Shown piece after piece: positions 62,870 to 64,000 of a stretch of 64,000 nt of DNA (positions within the stretch are counted from its first letter, which is position 1; every line of letters begins with the position of its first letter). Made by a program: the position numbers and the translations under genes. The notes beneath the pieces are model-generated. The model saw only the letters and a list, made by a program, of their open reading frames with translations. It was not told the origin of the DNA and made no database searches. The stretch covers positions 248,001-312,000 of the forward strand of contig NMRA01000142.1 in the NCBI GenBank assembly GCA_002633005.1, in the 5' to 3' direction. The DNA is from Phoronis australis (Eukaryota > Animalia > Phoronida).

Positions 62870-64000
62870 CCCCCCCCCCCCCCACCTCCGTCCACGGTGT
62901 TATTCGCGGCATATCGTGAATGTGGTCTGCCAATTTTGTTTGTCCAACGTGTACGTTGTTGGTGAAGAAGACGCGAAAATAAAAAGTATGCATTGGCACC
63001 GATTCAATTTAATAATGCAAATTTTGACTGAACAATATTCGCGGATTTGTTAAGTCAAATACGACCGTTTAATACAACTTTACTGCGTATTCAATGTTTT
63101 TCAGCGTCGTGCTTTTACAATCGACGCAACTTGTGCCCGAACGGGAGCCCTCTCTTATTTATGTACGTGTCGCGCGCACTCATGGGTGTCCCGGCTCGGT
63201 ATACGAGCCAGATACAATCTCGAGATTTCCGTCTTCTCAAAATCTATTTCATTCTTGCGCCAACACCTAAGAGAAAAAAGAGGAACGGAGCAGGCACGGA
63301 ATGCAGAATGGAGAATGGGTTGTTGATCGAGGAGTTCGATAACAGAGGATCAGTAACACTATTTTATCAGGTCATTTTTTCGAGAACAAGCAAGTATTTA
63401 TCGTTTCTGGCACGGCTCAAAATCGTTATCTTCGTCACTGGAAATATTGCACGACGAGGTCAACATGATCTCATCATTTAAATGAAGAATGAGAGGCCTC
63501 AAGGTCCTTGCATACAGTCAATGTTACTGTTGCCTGTGACGTTATTGGATGCATCTGCATCTGCACGTATATTTATAATCGGGGATACTGCTACCTGTTT
63601 CACTTGTAAAAGCATCAAAAGTTTCAAGTGGAAGCTGATTCGAATCTAGTCCTTGGTTTACATTACTAGGATGTACATCACTAAGTCTAAGACATTGTTT
63701 GACGTTTCTGCAGGAATACCCATTACCACCATGTCGCTTACTTCATCAGCGTGCAATTCACTGTCAATTTCGCTTCAAGTGAGAGCAATAGTCAAGTTGC
63801 CTCCCATAGGGTCCCGATAGGGGACCTAGAAATTCTTGTTAGTATAAGATTTTTCGATTATCTTATGATGAGGTGGCCGCCCTGAAGCATTTTACCTGGG
63901 TTGTAATCGTGACGACTTTCAGAATTTTTAATTATGCAAATTAAGGCCGCCACTGTGCAAAATTCTCTATGCTTATACATGTCCAAGTAGGCTTACCATA

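Noticed and set aside
62665-63481. ORFs across and after the gap
   Set aside because: Four are artefacts of the N run; the 144-aa ORF has a non-ATG start and no recognisable similarity.

Overview
This is AT-rich, intron-rich animal genomic DNA, most likely from a bilaterian invertebrate, with no prokaryotic features and no CRISPR. From left to right it holds: (1) the 5' coding exons of the giant lipid-transfer gene BLTP1/KIAA1109 (tweek) on the minus strand, running off the left edge; (2) head-to-head with it, a complete 21-exon ARMC3 gene (+, ~879 aa by my splicing); (3) two tandemly duplicated 4-exon apolipoprotein D-like lipocalin genes (-); (4) a decayed full-length Ty3/Gypsy LTR retrotransposon between them; (5) many non-autonomous DNA elements, some nested. 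The main unannotated signals are three frame-preserving cassette/micro-exons (18, 123 and 12 nt) in ARMC3 intron 17, and a Helentron/HINE-like insertion in a lipocalin intron. That insertion is built from ~145-bp monomers, each carrying a co-oriented CTCF-type motif. All gene calls come from manual translation, GT-AG phase checks and recalled protein families; no searches were run.
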